IMG/VR virus record: IMGVR_UViG_3300005805_000047
Location: 86,898 to 150,897 of that record
DNA from: a virus
DNA: 64,000 nt
Reading direction: 5' to 3' (one strand)
Below are positions 50,243-60,600 of this stretch, in pieces. Position numbers and translations under genes: made by a program. Numbering within the stretch: the stretch's first letter is position 1; each line of letters begins with the position of its first letter. Under the pieces are notes generated by a model, which saw only the letters and a list, made by a program, of their open reading frames with translations, had not been told where the DNA came from and searched no databases.

Positions 50243-50626
50243 ATGAACACCTTGTTCCACGAGGTAAAACCGATCAAAGGTAAAAGATCGGCTAGATCGA
50301 ATGCCAGGAAATCTGCCTCAAAACAAGTTGATTCACAAGATGTGGAGAAACTGTTTGAATTTTGGCGCGCCACACTCGGCAAGAAGGCCTTGCTTTCTGA
50401 CGAACGCCGGGCTATTCTTGCGTGGGCAATACTGAACTACGGGATGGAGACGTGCGAAATGGCCGTAAAGGGCTGCTCTTTGAGCGATTGGCATATGGGT
50501 CGAAACCCCAACAATGTTCGCTATGACTCGATAGAACTGATCTTCCGGAACTCAGAAAAAGTCGAATGGTTTGTGGAGAAGTTCCAGTCGGTTTCGCCGG
50601 GCGAAAGCAATGGAGAGCCCTTTTGA
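50243..50626 (+). CDS. Phage replication-initiator C-terminal-like protein
   Basis: LFEFW...R...I...YG...W.MG.N....Y..IELIFR pattern; AGGAGG RBS. Confidence 0.6.
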   Translation: MNTLFHEVKPIKGKRSARSNARKSASKQVDSQDVEKLFEFWRATLGKKALLSDERRAILAWAILNYGMETCEMAVKGCSLSDWHMGRNPNNVRYDSIELIFRNSEKVEWFVEKFQSVSPGESNGEPF

Positions 50627-50802
50627 TTGACGGTGGCCGATGACGACGAGAGATACTCACGATGTACTCGAGGCAAAAAGACTTGATGTGTACGATCGGC
50701 ACCTGGAAATAGCAAGGTGGCACGGTGCCCTTCAGGCCAAGTTTGAGATTGAAACCTTTGGACACACCCTGTATGTCCCCCTCAATAGTTTGACGGTGGC
50801 CG

Positions 50803-51291
50803 ATGACCAAGGATGAACTAACGGAACTGGTTCGCCGGGTACATGCGGCGCATAACAAGCCACTTATGAAAGCCGATGAGAAGCACACCTTTCAAGCTTG
50901 GTGGGACATCTTGGGTCATTTGGACGAAGCAGTTGTCTGGAGTGCTTATGTGTCTGGTGCGGCCACGAGGAAGTGGTTGCCGGCACCTGGTGAAATATTG
51001 TCGACGGTGGTGGATGAGATGCTCGGTGGTTTCCCCACCCCTTTACAGGCATGGGCACAGTTCCAAGATCAAGTGCGCGCGGCGAACTCTGGGCTACAAC
51101 CACGAAGCACACCCCACTCCACGGTCATAGAGACAGCCAAGAGGCTGGGAGACGAGGCTTACAGGCTCACAGAGAGGGACAGACAGGCCTTCATAGCCGA
51201 ATGGGAAGCTGTACGTGACGAGATGATTAGGGGGCATGCCGAGAAACTCACCCCCAAAAAACCGACGGTGGTGGATGGGGATAACACCTAG
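50803..51291 (+). CDS. Helicase loader/inhibitor (G39P-like)
   Basis: W...L..LD...V......W.PAPGEI...AW. Confidence 0.6.
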   Translation: MTKDELTELVRRVHAAHNKPLMKADEKHTFQAWWDILGHLDEAVVWSAYVSGAATRKWLPAPGEILSTVVDEMLGGFPTPLQAWAQFQDQVRAANSGLQPRSTPHSTVIETAKRLGDEAYRLTERDRQAFIAEWEAVRDEMIRGHAEKLTPKKPTVVDGDNT

Positions 51292-52057
51292 CCGGCGGCG
51301 CGAAATAACCAAACACTGGACTAAGTCAAATCTTGTCGAAACACTCGTTCACCACAGGTGATACCAGAGTGATACCACGACACCATGGTGTCACCCCAAT
51401 AGCAAGGTAGTCCCTCGTGGCCCAAGCACCACTGACGGTGGTGTATGACTGGTGTATGTAGAGATCCAGCTACGGATCCCTCTCACCCCCTGTTGTTGAT
51501 ACTTGTACTACCACGGTAATACTCGGGTCATACCCGGCAATACAGTAAAGATCGACGGTGGTGGAAGTTACCGGTAGGTAACGACAGTCGTGATTTGGAC
51601 TCAGTCCAGAACACACAGGGTTATCCACAGGCTGTGTGTACCAGTTTGAACCAGTTCCTCACCGGTTCCGTACCGGTTACCCCAGATTTATACCCGGCAA
51701 TAGCCAGACTTGCTTTTCATACCCGGCAAAACGGTATTGTAGCCCGACGACAAAATTTCGAGAAAATGAAAAGACCCGGCGAAAAAAAGGTTTCCTGAGT
51801 CCCTTCTCTGCTCGGCAGGTTCGGAGACAAAAGATATCTATGCTAGGTTCAAGTCATGAACGATATTCTTGTCAAACTGCGAGAGCGAGAGTGCTCTACG
51901 TGTGCTTGGTTTGACCGAGGCCTGTTTGAAGGCGATGATGCTGATGCTGGACCTGGCTACTGTCGCAGGTATCCACCCGTGCTGTACGTGGTAGAGGGTC
52001 GAGGAAACAACCCAGTGAAGCAAGCACAGCCAGTAGTAAGTCCTTGGGAGTGGTGTG

Positions 52058-52231
52058 GTGAGTGGACGAAAGCCTAGGGGTCGTAAGCCTAAGCGAGCAT
52101 CCGGTAAGTGGTCTACCGTTACCCTTCGTCTGACTGCTGAGGAAAAGAACCTTCTCGTGGAACGATCCGAGAACTGGGGTGTCTCTATGACTGAGTACCT
52201 TATGCTCCTTATGAGGCGTGATGGGTCGTAG
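52058..52231 (+). CDS. Small ribbon-helix-helix protein (below the ORF-track cutoff)
   Basis: Manual translation: GRKPKRASGKWSTVTLRLTAEEKNLLVERSENWGVSMTEYLMLL. Confidence 0.65.
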   Translation: MSGRKPRGRKPKRASGKWSTVTLRLTAEEKNLLVERSENWGVSMTEYLMLLMRRDGS

Positions 52232-52571
52232 ACCTGAGTTCCCTAAGTATCCAGACAGGGTGTACTCCCTTACTATGCGTTGTGTAGGGCGTTTGAAGCA
52301 AGACATCTTTAGAGCCGCCGCCGCCCAAGGCGTGAGTATGAACCAATGGGTACTTATGGCTATCCGTCGCATGTTGGATTCTGCTGAGGACATCCCACCG
52401 CCGTCACCTGGTCAGTATTCCTACCCCACCCCTGAGACAGAGCTTCAAGCCCTGATTAACCGTGACCCTGTACTTATGCCGTGTGGGAAAAAGAAAGGCA
52501 AGTGTAAGTCAAATGTGATCGACCACGACGGTATCGGTATCTGTCTGACCTGTAATCTGAGAGCGTATTAG
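52218..52571 (+). CDS. RHH (HicB-C-like) protein with C-terminal Cys motif
   Basis: LTMR....LK..I..AA..QGVSMNQWV; C..C...CLTC. Confidence 0.65.
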   Translation: MMGRRPEFPKYPDRVYSLTMRCVGRLKQDIFRAAAAQGVSMNQWVLMAIRRMLDSAEDIPPPSPGQYSYPTPETELQALINRDPVLMPCGKKKGKCKSNVIDHDGIGICLTCNLRAY

Positions 52572-52644
52572 TCCTCGTAGCTCAGATGGATAGAGCACCG
52601 GTTTCCTAAACCGTAGGCCGTAGGTTCAATTCCTACCGAGGACG
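52571..52644 (+). tRNA. tRNA-Arg(CCU)
   Basis: GTCCTCG/CGAGGAC acceptor stem; loop TT-CCT-AA. Confidence 0.9.
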
Positions 52645-52648
52645 CAAG

Positions 52649-52722
52649 GCTCCTGTAGCTCAGCCGGATAGAGCAACTGACTTCTAATCAGTAGGTCGCA
52701 GGTTCGATTCCTGCCGGGAGCG
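52649..52722 (+). tRNA. tRNA-Arg(UCU)
   Basis: GCTCCTG/CGGGAGC acceptor stem; loop CT-TCT-AA. Confidence 0.92.
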
Positions 52723-52745
52723 CGTGATGTACTCTTGGCTTGCTA

Positions 52746-52818
52746 TGGCAAGTAGCTCAGTTGGCAGAGCAAGGGACTGTTAATCCCTGGGTCGTAGGTT
52801 CGAGCCCTACCTTGCCAG
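52746..52818 (+). tRNA. tRNA-Asn(GUU)
   Basis: TGGCAAG/CTTGCCA acceptor stem; loop CT-GTT-AA. Confidence 0.92.
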
Positions 52819-52823
52819 CGTTT

Positions 52824-52895
52824 GCCCCTTTAGCTCAGTGGTAGAGCTCCCGCCTTGTAAGCGGGTGGTCCTCGGTTCAATCCCGAGAGGGGGCT
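52824..52895 (+). tRNA. tRNA-Thr(UGU)
   Basis: GCCCCTT/AGGGGGC acceptor stem; loop CT-TGT-AA. Confidence 0.92.
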
Positions 52896-52901
52896 CTGTT
52901 C

Positions 52902-53258
52902 TTAGTCTCCCCAGAGTTGTGCGAGGGTCGGCTTCGTTGGCTTGATACCCAATTCTTTTTGCTTGGCCGCCAACTGTCTTGAGGTCAATCCTGCCCAAAC
53001 GCCATGTATATCTGCTGTCGGATATTGAAGTGCATATGCCAGACATGGGGTCTTAACCGGACAACTTCGGCAAAGTGCTCTTGCTTCGGCGATATAAGTG
53101 ATGTCCTTGTGTTCTTTGGGAAACATGAGGCTTGTCTTGCCTTTACAAGCTGCTCGTTTCATCCATAGGTTTCCTGTTTTTGATTGCATATCAGCAACCC
53201 GCGCATAGTCAATCTCATTGGTCTTATCAGATGATGACTTTTGCTTTTTGGATGCCAT
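52902..53258 (-). CDS. whiB: WhiB-family transcription factor
   Basis: W...AAC...C..CPV...C...GVWAG: four Cys plus the beta-turn motif. Confidence 0.93.
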   Translation of the reverse strand: MASKKQKSSSDKTNEIDYARVADMQSKTGNLWMKRAACKGKTSLMFPKEHKDITYIAEARALCRSCPVKTPCLAYALQYPTADIHGVWAGLTSRQLAAKQKELGIKPTKPTLAQLWGD

Positions 53259-53301
53259 ATGGTCAAATAACATACATGGTGTTTGACCACCATGTTGGCA
53301 C

Positions 53302-53970
53302 CTACCTACGAGACTTGATTTGCTTCTTTGCTGGCTTGCGAGTCTTTCGTGGTTGCTTCTCTGGGGCTTCCTGAACGAACACTTGATATGGCGCCGCGGT
53401 TCCAGGGTCGTAACGCCCAGCTACGGCTATTGCCTTTAGTGCTGCTTGTTTGGCTGTTCTCAACCCCACCTTGCCACCTGTTGGTATCGCTGTGGCTAGT
53501 GACCCAAGCGCAAACTGAGCTCCAGAGCCAATGGCATATACACCGAACGAGTCATTAAGCCATGAGTAATCCCCGTCAATAACGTATATCGCTCCATTTA
53601 TGGCCGCCATTACGACAGATCCGTGCTCGCATTGATGCTCTGAGTTCTCGGTTATAGGACTTGAGTATCCCTCTGTATCGAAACATTGCCTCATGGCAGG
53701 GACGAACTTAGTGGTTATGAAGTGGTCAAGCTTTCTGCCCTTCATTGTTAGTGGTGGGGCGGGCGGGTTGAAAGCGTGGGTCAGAATGTTTATTGCTCGG
53801 ACATCGCCAGCAACACCCATTAGCCATCGTCCGTTTTGGGCAATCTTGAAGCCCATTTCCTTCAAGCTCATTGCTTGTGTAGCTTTACCCTCTGCATCGA
53901 CTTCGGTGACGCGAGAGTCAGCACATATCACAGCAAATGAATCACCTTGTATCCCGATGATTGTCGTCAC
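53302..53970 (-). CDS. Proteasome beta/HslV-like Ntn threonine protease
   Basis: M-TTIIG start (Thr1), ADS, K, AIGSG. Confidence 0.85.
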   Translation of the reverse strand: MTTIIGIQGDSFAVICADSRVTEVDAEGKATQAMSLKEMGFKIAQNGRWLMGVAGDVRAINILTHAFNPPAPPLTMKGRKLDHFITTKFVPAMRQCFDTEGYSSPITENSEHQCEHGSVVMAAINGAIYVIDGDYSWLNDSFGVYAIGSGAQFALGSLATAIPTGGKVGLRTAKQAALKAIAVAGRYDPGTAAPYQVFVQEAPEKQPRKTRKPAKKQIKSRR

Positions 53971-54137
53971 GGTTTAATTGCTCCAATTTCTGACGACTTT
54001 CTTACCCTCTTCTGTTGAGCCGTAAAGCCACTGACCTTGGTCATTTATCCCCACTATCTCAACGAAACCCATATCTATGAGTTCATTGAGGGCTTGGATT
54101 ACCTCATCATTTTCAGGATTGCTTGACTCGTAGGTGC

Positions 54138-55340
54138 TCATGCCACGTACTCCTTGCCATTGCGCATTGCCCATCCCCCATAAATTGGTACACACTCGTA
54201 AGTAAACTTTGCTGTCCCAGCCTTTTCGTAGGTGACTATACCTAATCCCTGTTGCCAGTTTTCGTGTCGAGTAAGCGGTCGTCCATCGAGGTCTACACCC
54301 CCTCGCGTAGATGGAATCGCGCCATCAATTCGGGCAAGACAGCCAGGACTGGCGGCCATGATTGTTCGTGGGCCGTCATAGTCCTCACGAGTCTTGTAGG
54401 CAGTCTCAATTCTGTGAATGTGTCCGTATATCACCGAAGTCTTTTCTTGGTTGAGATATACGTGGGCAGTCGAGCCATTGGACTTGACCCGATCGCCGTG
54501 GATGACCCTGAGTTTCTCATTGAGCCAATAATCAGCGGCTGGATAACCAGGCTTGTAGACAATGTTGTACTCGTCCATCCTGACAAGAAAAGGTACCGAC
54601 AACACCGGCCACGACTCTGGCTGGTTTGCTCGCTTCAAGCCGTATGCCGCCATTGCATTGGTGGCAATGTATTTGGGCATGCGCTCTTCGTGGTTTCCTG
54701 CCAACCATGTGATATCTGCATCTGGTGCTGCTTTGCGCAACTGAGCACAGAATAGCGAGGCGCGATCAATAGCGGCCTGTGTGGTCTGCTGATATGTCGG
54801 ATAGGTCAAGTACTTGCCCATTTCCGGTAGGTCAAGGTTGTCGCCAACCAACACCAACTCATCTGGTTTCATGTCAGATATCATCTCTAGGGCTACAGCC
54901 ATGGCTGCTTCATCATGGGTTGGCTCAAGGGTGCCCTCTGGACCACGGTAAAACCCGATCTGTATATCAGGCACAATTACGGCTGTTCTGAAGCCTGTGC
55001 CCTTTCGGACTTTTGTCGTCGGTTTTGGCGTCGCATAAACTGGACCAGGGGTGATGACAGGCCACTTCGGACCGTTATCCCACGAGGGAACGAACTGAAC
55101 AGCGGTAAGGTCAACGATTTGTGGATCGCCCTCTTCGCTCTTTACTACTGTTTGGTAGAAAGATACTTTTTTGAGGTCGCCAACTTCTGCTGGGTCAATG
55201 CCGCGCTTCTCAAACATTTCGGCAATGGCCGCCACATTCTTGTTGCGAATGGCCTTATTCTCTGCCTCTTTGGTTTCGGCAGAAAGAAGTTCAGCGACCT
55301 TGCTGGTCTTGCTGGGTTTTACTTTGTCTTTGTTCGGCAT
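54138..55340 (-). CDS. Calcineurin-like metallophosphoesterase
   Basis: PDIQ, GDNLD, GNHE, IHG, GHIH. Confidence 0.88.
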   Translation of the reverse strand: MPNKDKVKPSKTSKVAELLSAETKEAENKAIRNKNVAAIAEMFEKRGIDPAEVGDLKKVSFYQTVVKSEEGDPQIVDLTAVQFVPSWDNGPKWPVITPGPVYATPKPTTKVRKGTGFRTAVIVPDIQIGFYRGPEGTLEPTHDEAAMAVALEMISDMKPDELVLVGDNLDLPEMGKYLTYPTYQQTTQAAIDRASLFCAQLRKAAPDADITWLAGNHEERMPKYIATNAMAAYGLKRANQPESWPVLSVPFLVRMDEYNIVYKPGYPAADYWLNEKLRVIHGDRVKSNGSTAHVYLNQEKTSVIYGHIHRIETAYKTREDYDGPRTIMAASPGCLARIDGAIPSTRGGVDLDGRPLTRHENWQQGLGIVTYEKAGTAKFTYECVPIYGGWAMRNGKEYVA

Positions 55341-55597
55341 TGGCACGACTCCGATTGGGTATAGCACTTACGCTTTTCGCTAAGGAAAATCCTGTTGATT
55401 TTGTGTCCTTCGGCGCTGAGAATTCTGGCTATCCGGCTGGTCGGAAGATTGCTGTTTAGCGCAACATCAAGCGCTTCGCGTTCTTCCTTACCAAGGGATT
55501 CCAGCAGGCTTAAAAACCTGCAGGTTTCCTGCTCATTTATTGCCCCAAGCAGGATTTCAGCCAGGGATTGTGCTTTTTCTTGTCTTGACATATACAA
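55319..55597 (-). CDS. Small helical/HTH-like protein
   Basis: Overlaps the phosphoesterase start; IARILSAEG. Confidence 0.6.
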   Translation of the reverse strand: MYMSRQEKAQSLAEILLGAINEQETCRFLSLLESLGKEEREALDVALNSNLPTSRIARILSAEGHKINRIFLSEKRKCYTQSESCQCRTKTK

Positions 55598-55667
55598 GCC
55601 CCTTGCGTGTGGTTATTCGTTGTTTCCGCTTGTGATAAACAATAACACAACAAATGACTAAACATGG

Positions 55668-56006
55668 TTACCCAACCTGTCCCTCTAGCCAAGAGCCAAA
55701 AACATCATCGTTTCTAGGTATTACCCAGATTTGCATAAGTTCAATATCTTCTGGATCTCCAGCATTGGTCCAACACAAAACAACAGGACTGGTAGCAACA
55801 CAGGATCCGACGTTGCAGTCAAGGCCGTATCTGCCAATAAATTCTTTTACAATGCACCCAAGACGAGGATGCCTACATGGTTGGGTCGGATCAGATTCGT
55901 TTGGACAGTGGGTGCTTGTGACTCGAAGTTCGGCTCCTATTATTTGGAGCGTGATGTAATGACCGTCATCGTGCCAATCCATGCTCATCTGGGGAGAAAG
56001 ACTCAT
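55668..56006 (-). CDS. Hypothetical Cys-containing protein
   Basis: Operon context. Confidence 0.6.
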   Translation of the reverse strand: MSLSPQMSMDWHDDGHYITLQIIGAELRVTSTHCPNESDPTQPCRHPRLGCIVKEFIGRYGLDCNVGSCVATSPVVLCWTNAGDPEDIELMQIWVIPRNDDVFGSWLEGQVG

Positions 56007-56209
56007 GGGGCGATATTAGTCGGCCAGCTTCTCAACTTTCTTTGGCTTAACCATTAGGTCATGGGTTCTCAGGGGGTGCCCATAAGGAAGTCTGGTGCGC
56101 CTTTTGCCTGCTTTGGTTCCAGGGATAATCTCAACTTGTCCAGTGAGTGGGTTGAGACGCTCTCGTTGCTGTGCGCCACGGCTGACCTTTTTGTTTTTCT
56201 TGCCCATAA

Positions 56210-56533
56210 TCAACTACTTTTGCGACGGCGCTTTATTGGGGCAGTTTCCCGCATGAATGCTGCTTCAGCATGGCTGGCCAAGTGACCGAATAGAACCTCA
56301 TCGTGTTGCTCAATTTTGTTTTCTAAACGGATGATGTGCTCCCCAAGGTTTCCTTCAACTCTGTCCAAAGATCGACCAAGGCTTGTTCCTATTGACTCCA
56401 TGCGATCAACAAGGGCACTGTGTTCTTTGGCATTTTGTTCCCACTTCTCATCGCTGTTACGAGTGCGCTTTTCTATGACTGCTACTGCCAATGCTGTGAG
56501 AGCCGTAATGATTGCAACTGCAATTTCCATCAC
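56210..56533 (-). CDS. Membrane-anchored coiled-coil lysis-module protein
   Basis: N-terminal TM helix; directly follows the endolysin. Confidence 0.65.
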   Translation of the reverse strand: MMEIAVAIITALTALAVAVIEKRTRNSDEKWEQNAKEHSALVDRMESIGTSLGRSLDRVEGNLGEHIIRLENKIEQHDEVLFGHLASHAEAAFMRETAPIKRRRKSS

Positions 56534-57354
56534 AACCCAATGCCGAGAAGCTGAAGGACTTTTGCACCTGCCTTAGGACCTGCTGGAAGATTGTTTGCGG
56601 CCTTGAATGCAACAACAGCAGCCGATGTTTCATCGTCAAATTGACCATCAATCTTTCCCTTAAAGAATCCCCGCTCTGCAAGTTCTTCCTGCAACTTGGT
56701 TACTCGTGGACCACTGTCGCCTGGATCAAGGTCACCACCATCGTCCTTTGTTGCATTAACTGCATCTGCTGACTTTGTTCCCGGCGTTGCACCCATTGCA
56801 GGTTTTGCAATACTGTTTTTTGTCATCCAGTCGGAAACAGCTGCTGGTGGGTTGTCACCCTCTGTATACCTTAGATGCCATGGTTCTTCGGGAACAACTT
56901 CCCAGCTAAAACCAAACTTGCGAACATTTGAGATTAGCCACTTGAGTCGCTTCGGCTCGGCTGCGGTATGAACATCGACTGCCAAACCGGTGTTGTGCTG
57001 ACTAGTCCCAGGTGCCGCAAGCGAGGCAAGTTTCGGGTCTTTCTTGTACCACTTTTTTCCTTCAAATGTGCGGGTTTGATTTGCATTTGGTTCTGTTGTG
57101 TAGCGTTGCTTAAACACAGTGAGTTGTGATTCATATGTTCGATATGTGTCGCCAGCTGATACTGGTTTGAGTTCTATACCATCTGCTTTTGCTGCCTCAA
57201 CCATTGCTGCCCATGCGGCTGCAGTGAGCCAGTGGAGCTTTCCGCCACCGACTGCTGGACGCAAAAGGGAGTCGGGCAATTTGCCCGGAGTAACACCTTT
57301 GAGATCTGCTGGTTGCTTTACTGGAACGACGATATCCCATTCGACTTTAGACAT
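56530..57354 (-). CDS. Endolysin: M15 (VanY-like) peptidase + peptidoglycan-binding domain
   Basis: YR..Q, PGTSQH..GLAVD, EPWH; GDSGPRV..LQ..L...DG.F. Confidence 0.9.
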   Translation of the reverse strand: MSKVEWDIVVPVKQPADLKGVTPGKLPDSLLRPAVGGGKLHWLTAAAWAAMVEAAKADGIELKPVSAGDTYRTYESQLTVFKQRYTTEPNANQTRTFEGKKWYKKDPKLASLAAPGTSQHNTGLAVDVHTAAEPKRLKWLISNVRKFGFSWEVVPEEPWHLRYTEGDNPPAAVSDWMTKNSIAKPAMGATPGTKSADAVNATKDDGGDLDPGDSGPRVTKLQEELAERGFFKGKIDGQFDDETSAAVVAFKAANNLPAGPKAGAKVLQLLGIGL

Positions 57355-57613
57355 TGGTTACTTCCTCTGTTGCTTCAGGTTTCTTTTTTTCCACCTTGCT
57401 AAACACTGCATCAATTTCATCAATGCTAAGTTTTCCATCGTCAAGGAAGGCGCGAGATAGACCCTCAACCACGGTGGCTACGCCACCAATGCCTGCCATA
57501 AAAATGGCTTTCCATAACGGAATTCCAGCAATTGCTCCTGCGCCAACTACGCCGAGACCACTAGCAGCGAAAGTGGCGACAATCCGCAAAATAATGTTTT
57601 TGATTTGTTCCAT
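57347..57613 (-). CDS. Putative holin
   Basis: Two TM helices, charged tail, overlaps the endolysin start. Confidence 0.7.
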   Translation of the reverse strand: MEQIKNIILRIVATFAASGLGVVGAGAIAGIPLWKAIFMAGIGGVATVVEGLSRAFLDDGKLSIDEIDAVFSKVEKKKPEATEEVTNV

Positions 57614-57614
57614 G

Positions 57615-60600
57615 TCATTCGGGCTCTTTCATGTGTAACCACATCGCAGCGCCAAAAGCCACCACGGTGCTAATTCCAGCTATTACTTGAATCGGTCCAG
57701 ACAAGGTCAGGTAAACCACCAGCGAACCGGCGAGCGTAAAACCAAGATTCATAACCCCGTATACGAATTTCTTACCAAACGATTTCTTATCCAAGACGCG
57801 AACCCCTCCGACGTACTTAAATACACTAATATTGCGAATCCATTCTACCCCATCGCCTGCTATTTCTCCGTTTGCTTCTTCCTCCTCTTCCTTGCGAGCA
57901 GCATCATTGGTTCCTGACGGCCCACCCGAATTTGGGCCACCAGAGGGGCTTCCAGAGCCACCAGAAGGCCCACCAAGTGCCCCCGTGGCTGTCGCACCTG
58001 CCACAGCAGTGGTGAGAGCCGCTACGGCAACCACAGTTCGCCTCTCGCCAACCGTGATGGTTTGACCAAGCATTTTGTAGCCGTCAAAAGCACCCTGAAA
58101 CAGGTCAACCACTTCCTCAAAGACTTCTCTAATTTCTGAGGGTGCTTCTTGTACAGCATCAACAATTGCTTCGGCAACATCTTCTGTTAATTGCTCGGCC
58201 TCAACCTGGTCAAACACTTGCTCTGCTTGATCGGTTGAAACCGACTCAAGGACGGCCGCATTAGATGCAAGTGTTTCTGCAACATCTTCGGTGATTCCAC
58301 CGGCTATTACTGCCTCCACAACAGCGACAATCTGTTCTTTGGCTTCATCGGTTAGTTCGTCAACATTGGCTGTGTCGGCAATTTCATCGATAAGCTCATT
58401 GACAAATTCGGCTACCTCTTCTTCGGCCAATTCGTCAATCACTCCCGAAACAAAATCCTCTGTTTCTTCGCTGGACAAATCCTCAATTATGTCGAACACC
58501 ACATCCGCTGCCTGATCGGCAGGAAGTTCCTCAATAATGTCTTGTACTGCATTTACCAATTCGTCGTTGGAGTAATTGTCTAAGTCTTCAATAATTTCAT
58601 TTACTTGTTCAACCACTTCGGCTGGTAAAGTTTCTTGTGGCGATTCTTCTGATTGTTCTTGGTCTTGTGGCTGTTCTTGTTCTTGCTGGGTTGAGTCTTC
58701 TGTATCTGGCTCTACAGATTCATCGGGTTGAAGGTTCGGATCTGTTTGAGGATCAGAATCCTGTCCATCTTGGCCCTCCTCAGGCAGGTTTGGATCGACT
58801 TCGTCGGGATTAGAATCGTCTGGTGAAACTGGTTCTTGATTTTCTGGAATTGTTGTTTGCGATGATTCATCTTCTGGTTGTGTTTCTACTGGAGGCGTCG
58901 TGGTCGTGGATTCTTCTTCTGCTGGGGTCGTGGTCCCTGGTCCTGTGGTGTTATCGGGCTGCCCGCCATCGGTATCCTGGGGAACAGTCGTTGAAGTTTC
59001 TTGAGGAACAGTCGTTGAAGTAGTTGTTGTAGTTGAAGTGGTGGTTGTGGTTGTTGGCGGGGTTCCAATCACTATTGAAACATCATTTGTTCTGTCGGAA
59101 TACAAACCCAGAGTGTCATTATCTGACCGGACAGAAAAGCGCCAAGTTGAACCAGCAGGAACATTAAATCCATTAAAATATGATTGAGCAAATGTATATT
59201 CAGTATTAAGTGCATTTGCATCGCCAACATTGCCAGTTGCAACACCCCAGCCAGCTAGGTTGCCAGTTGTAAAAAAGATTGCATAACGTTCTGGTTGTCG
59301 TGTCCCACAGTTTGGGGCATCCCAATCCAAAACGATGTTGTTGCCGGATTCGGCAACGACCAGATTCCGTGGTGAACATATTGTGGGTACTGTGATTGTG
59401 TCTCCAGTGGACACGTATCCAGAACCAGAATAATTAGTGGTATTTGATGATGTAGCGCCAAAGGTATTGTTTGTCGATGCTGACCAAGAGTTGGCACTTA
59501 CACCGTTGTTCACGACTGCGCCGTTATTGAAACTATTGGCAAATTGAATTGCTACGTTATTGCCATTGAAACTGCTTCCCGAAACAGTTTGATTACCTGC
59601 ACCTGGCGTCCAAGATGTTGGAATCCAAGACGAGAAATACACTGCCGCCCCAGTGTTATTGGTGAATGTTGAGTTTATAACTTGCTGACGATTGAGACCG
59701 TTAAGAACTGCACCGTAAGTATTGCCAGTAAATTGACTGTTCTGAATTTTGGTGAAGCGCTCAGTGCGAATGCCATAGGTATTAGATGTGAACACCGAAT
59801 CATTGATATAAATACGGTTGCTGTAGTCTGTATCCACAAGGCTGAGCGATGACGGTGTATTGCCGTGGTCAGACGTAATTACATACCCATTATTTGCGAA
59901 CTGAGAGTTATTGAATGTTGTGACTCCACCATTGCCTTGATAAAAAGCCCATGACGAATGATTGGAAATCTTTATGCGATTAAACGTCATCGTGCCGCTG
60001 GAGTTATAGATGAGACCGCCGTTCCATGAAACGTTCTTCCCCTGCTTGAATGTCATATCTGCAATGACGATTGTTCGGGAGCCACTGTTATAAATAGCGC
60101 GATAAAGATTATTGCCATCAATAATCGTGGTATTCATGCCCGTTCCAGCAATCGTTACGCCCTGGGTTATGGCTGGCAAGTCAGAAGTGAGAGTAATTGT
60201 TCCTTGTGTTGTTATTTCAATGGCATCATACATTTCCCCAGACTGAGCATTCGCTTGAGTAATTGCCCATCTGAGAGTTCCACTCGTGTTGGTATCGGCA
60301 AGCGATGTCACTATTAGGGCATTTGGTGCAGCTGTAACTGTCACCACGAACGAAACGGTAATGGTGGTTCCGTCGGCATCTGTCGCATTTAGCGTGATGG
60401 TCGACGAACCACCACTTCCGTAGGCAGGCGTTATTGAAACCTGACCCTGGGTGGCGCTACTCATAGCAACTGAAATAGCATTGTTTGGAACTACCGAAGT
60501 ATCGCTAGATGATGTCGTGAAAGTCCATTGACTAGACGTAGTTGAGTCATCATTCAATACAAATGGAACAGTTCCCGTAGTGGTTGCTTGAATTGTTGTC

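Larger units (their letters stand above)
49398..51568 (+). repeat. Cluster of co-oriented GACGGTGG-NN-GATGA-like sites
   Basis: Copies at 49398, 49906, 50212, 50629, 50792, 51003, 51264, 51434, 51554; also 40627 and 44148. Confidence 0.8.

Noticed and set aside
58990-59060. Thr-run repeats here, at about 30730-30830 and at 61360-61420
   Set aside because: Ordinary low-complexity linkers of exported proteins.
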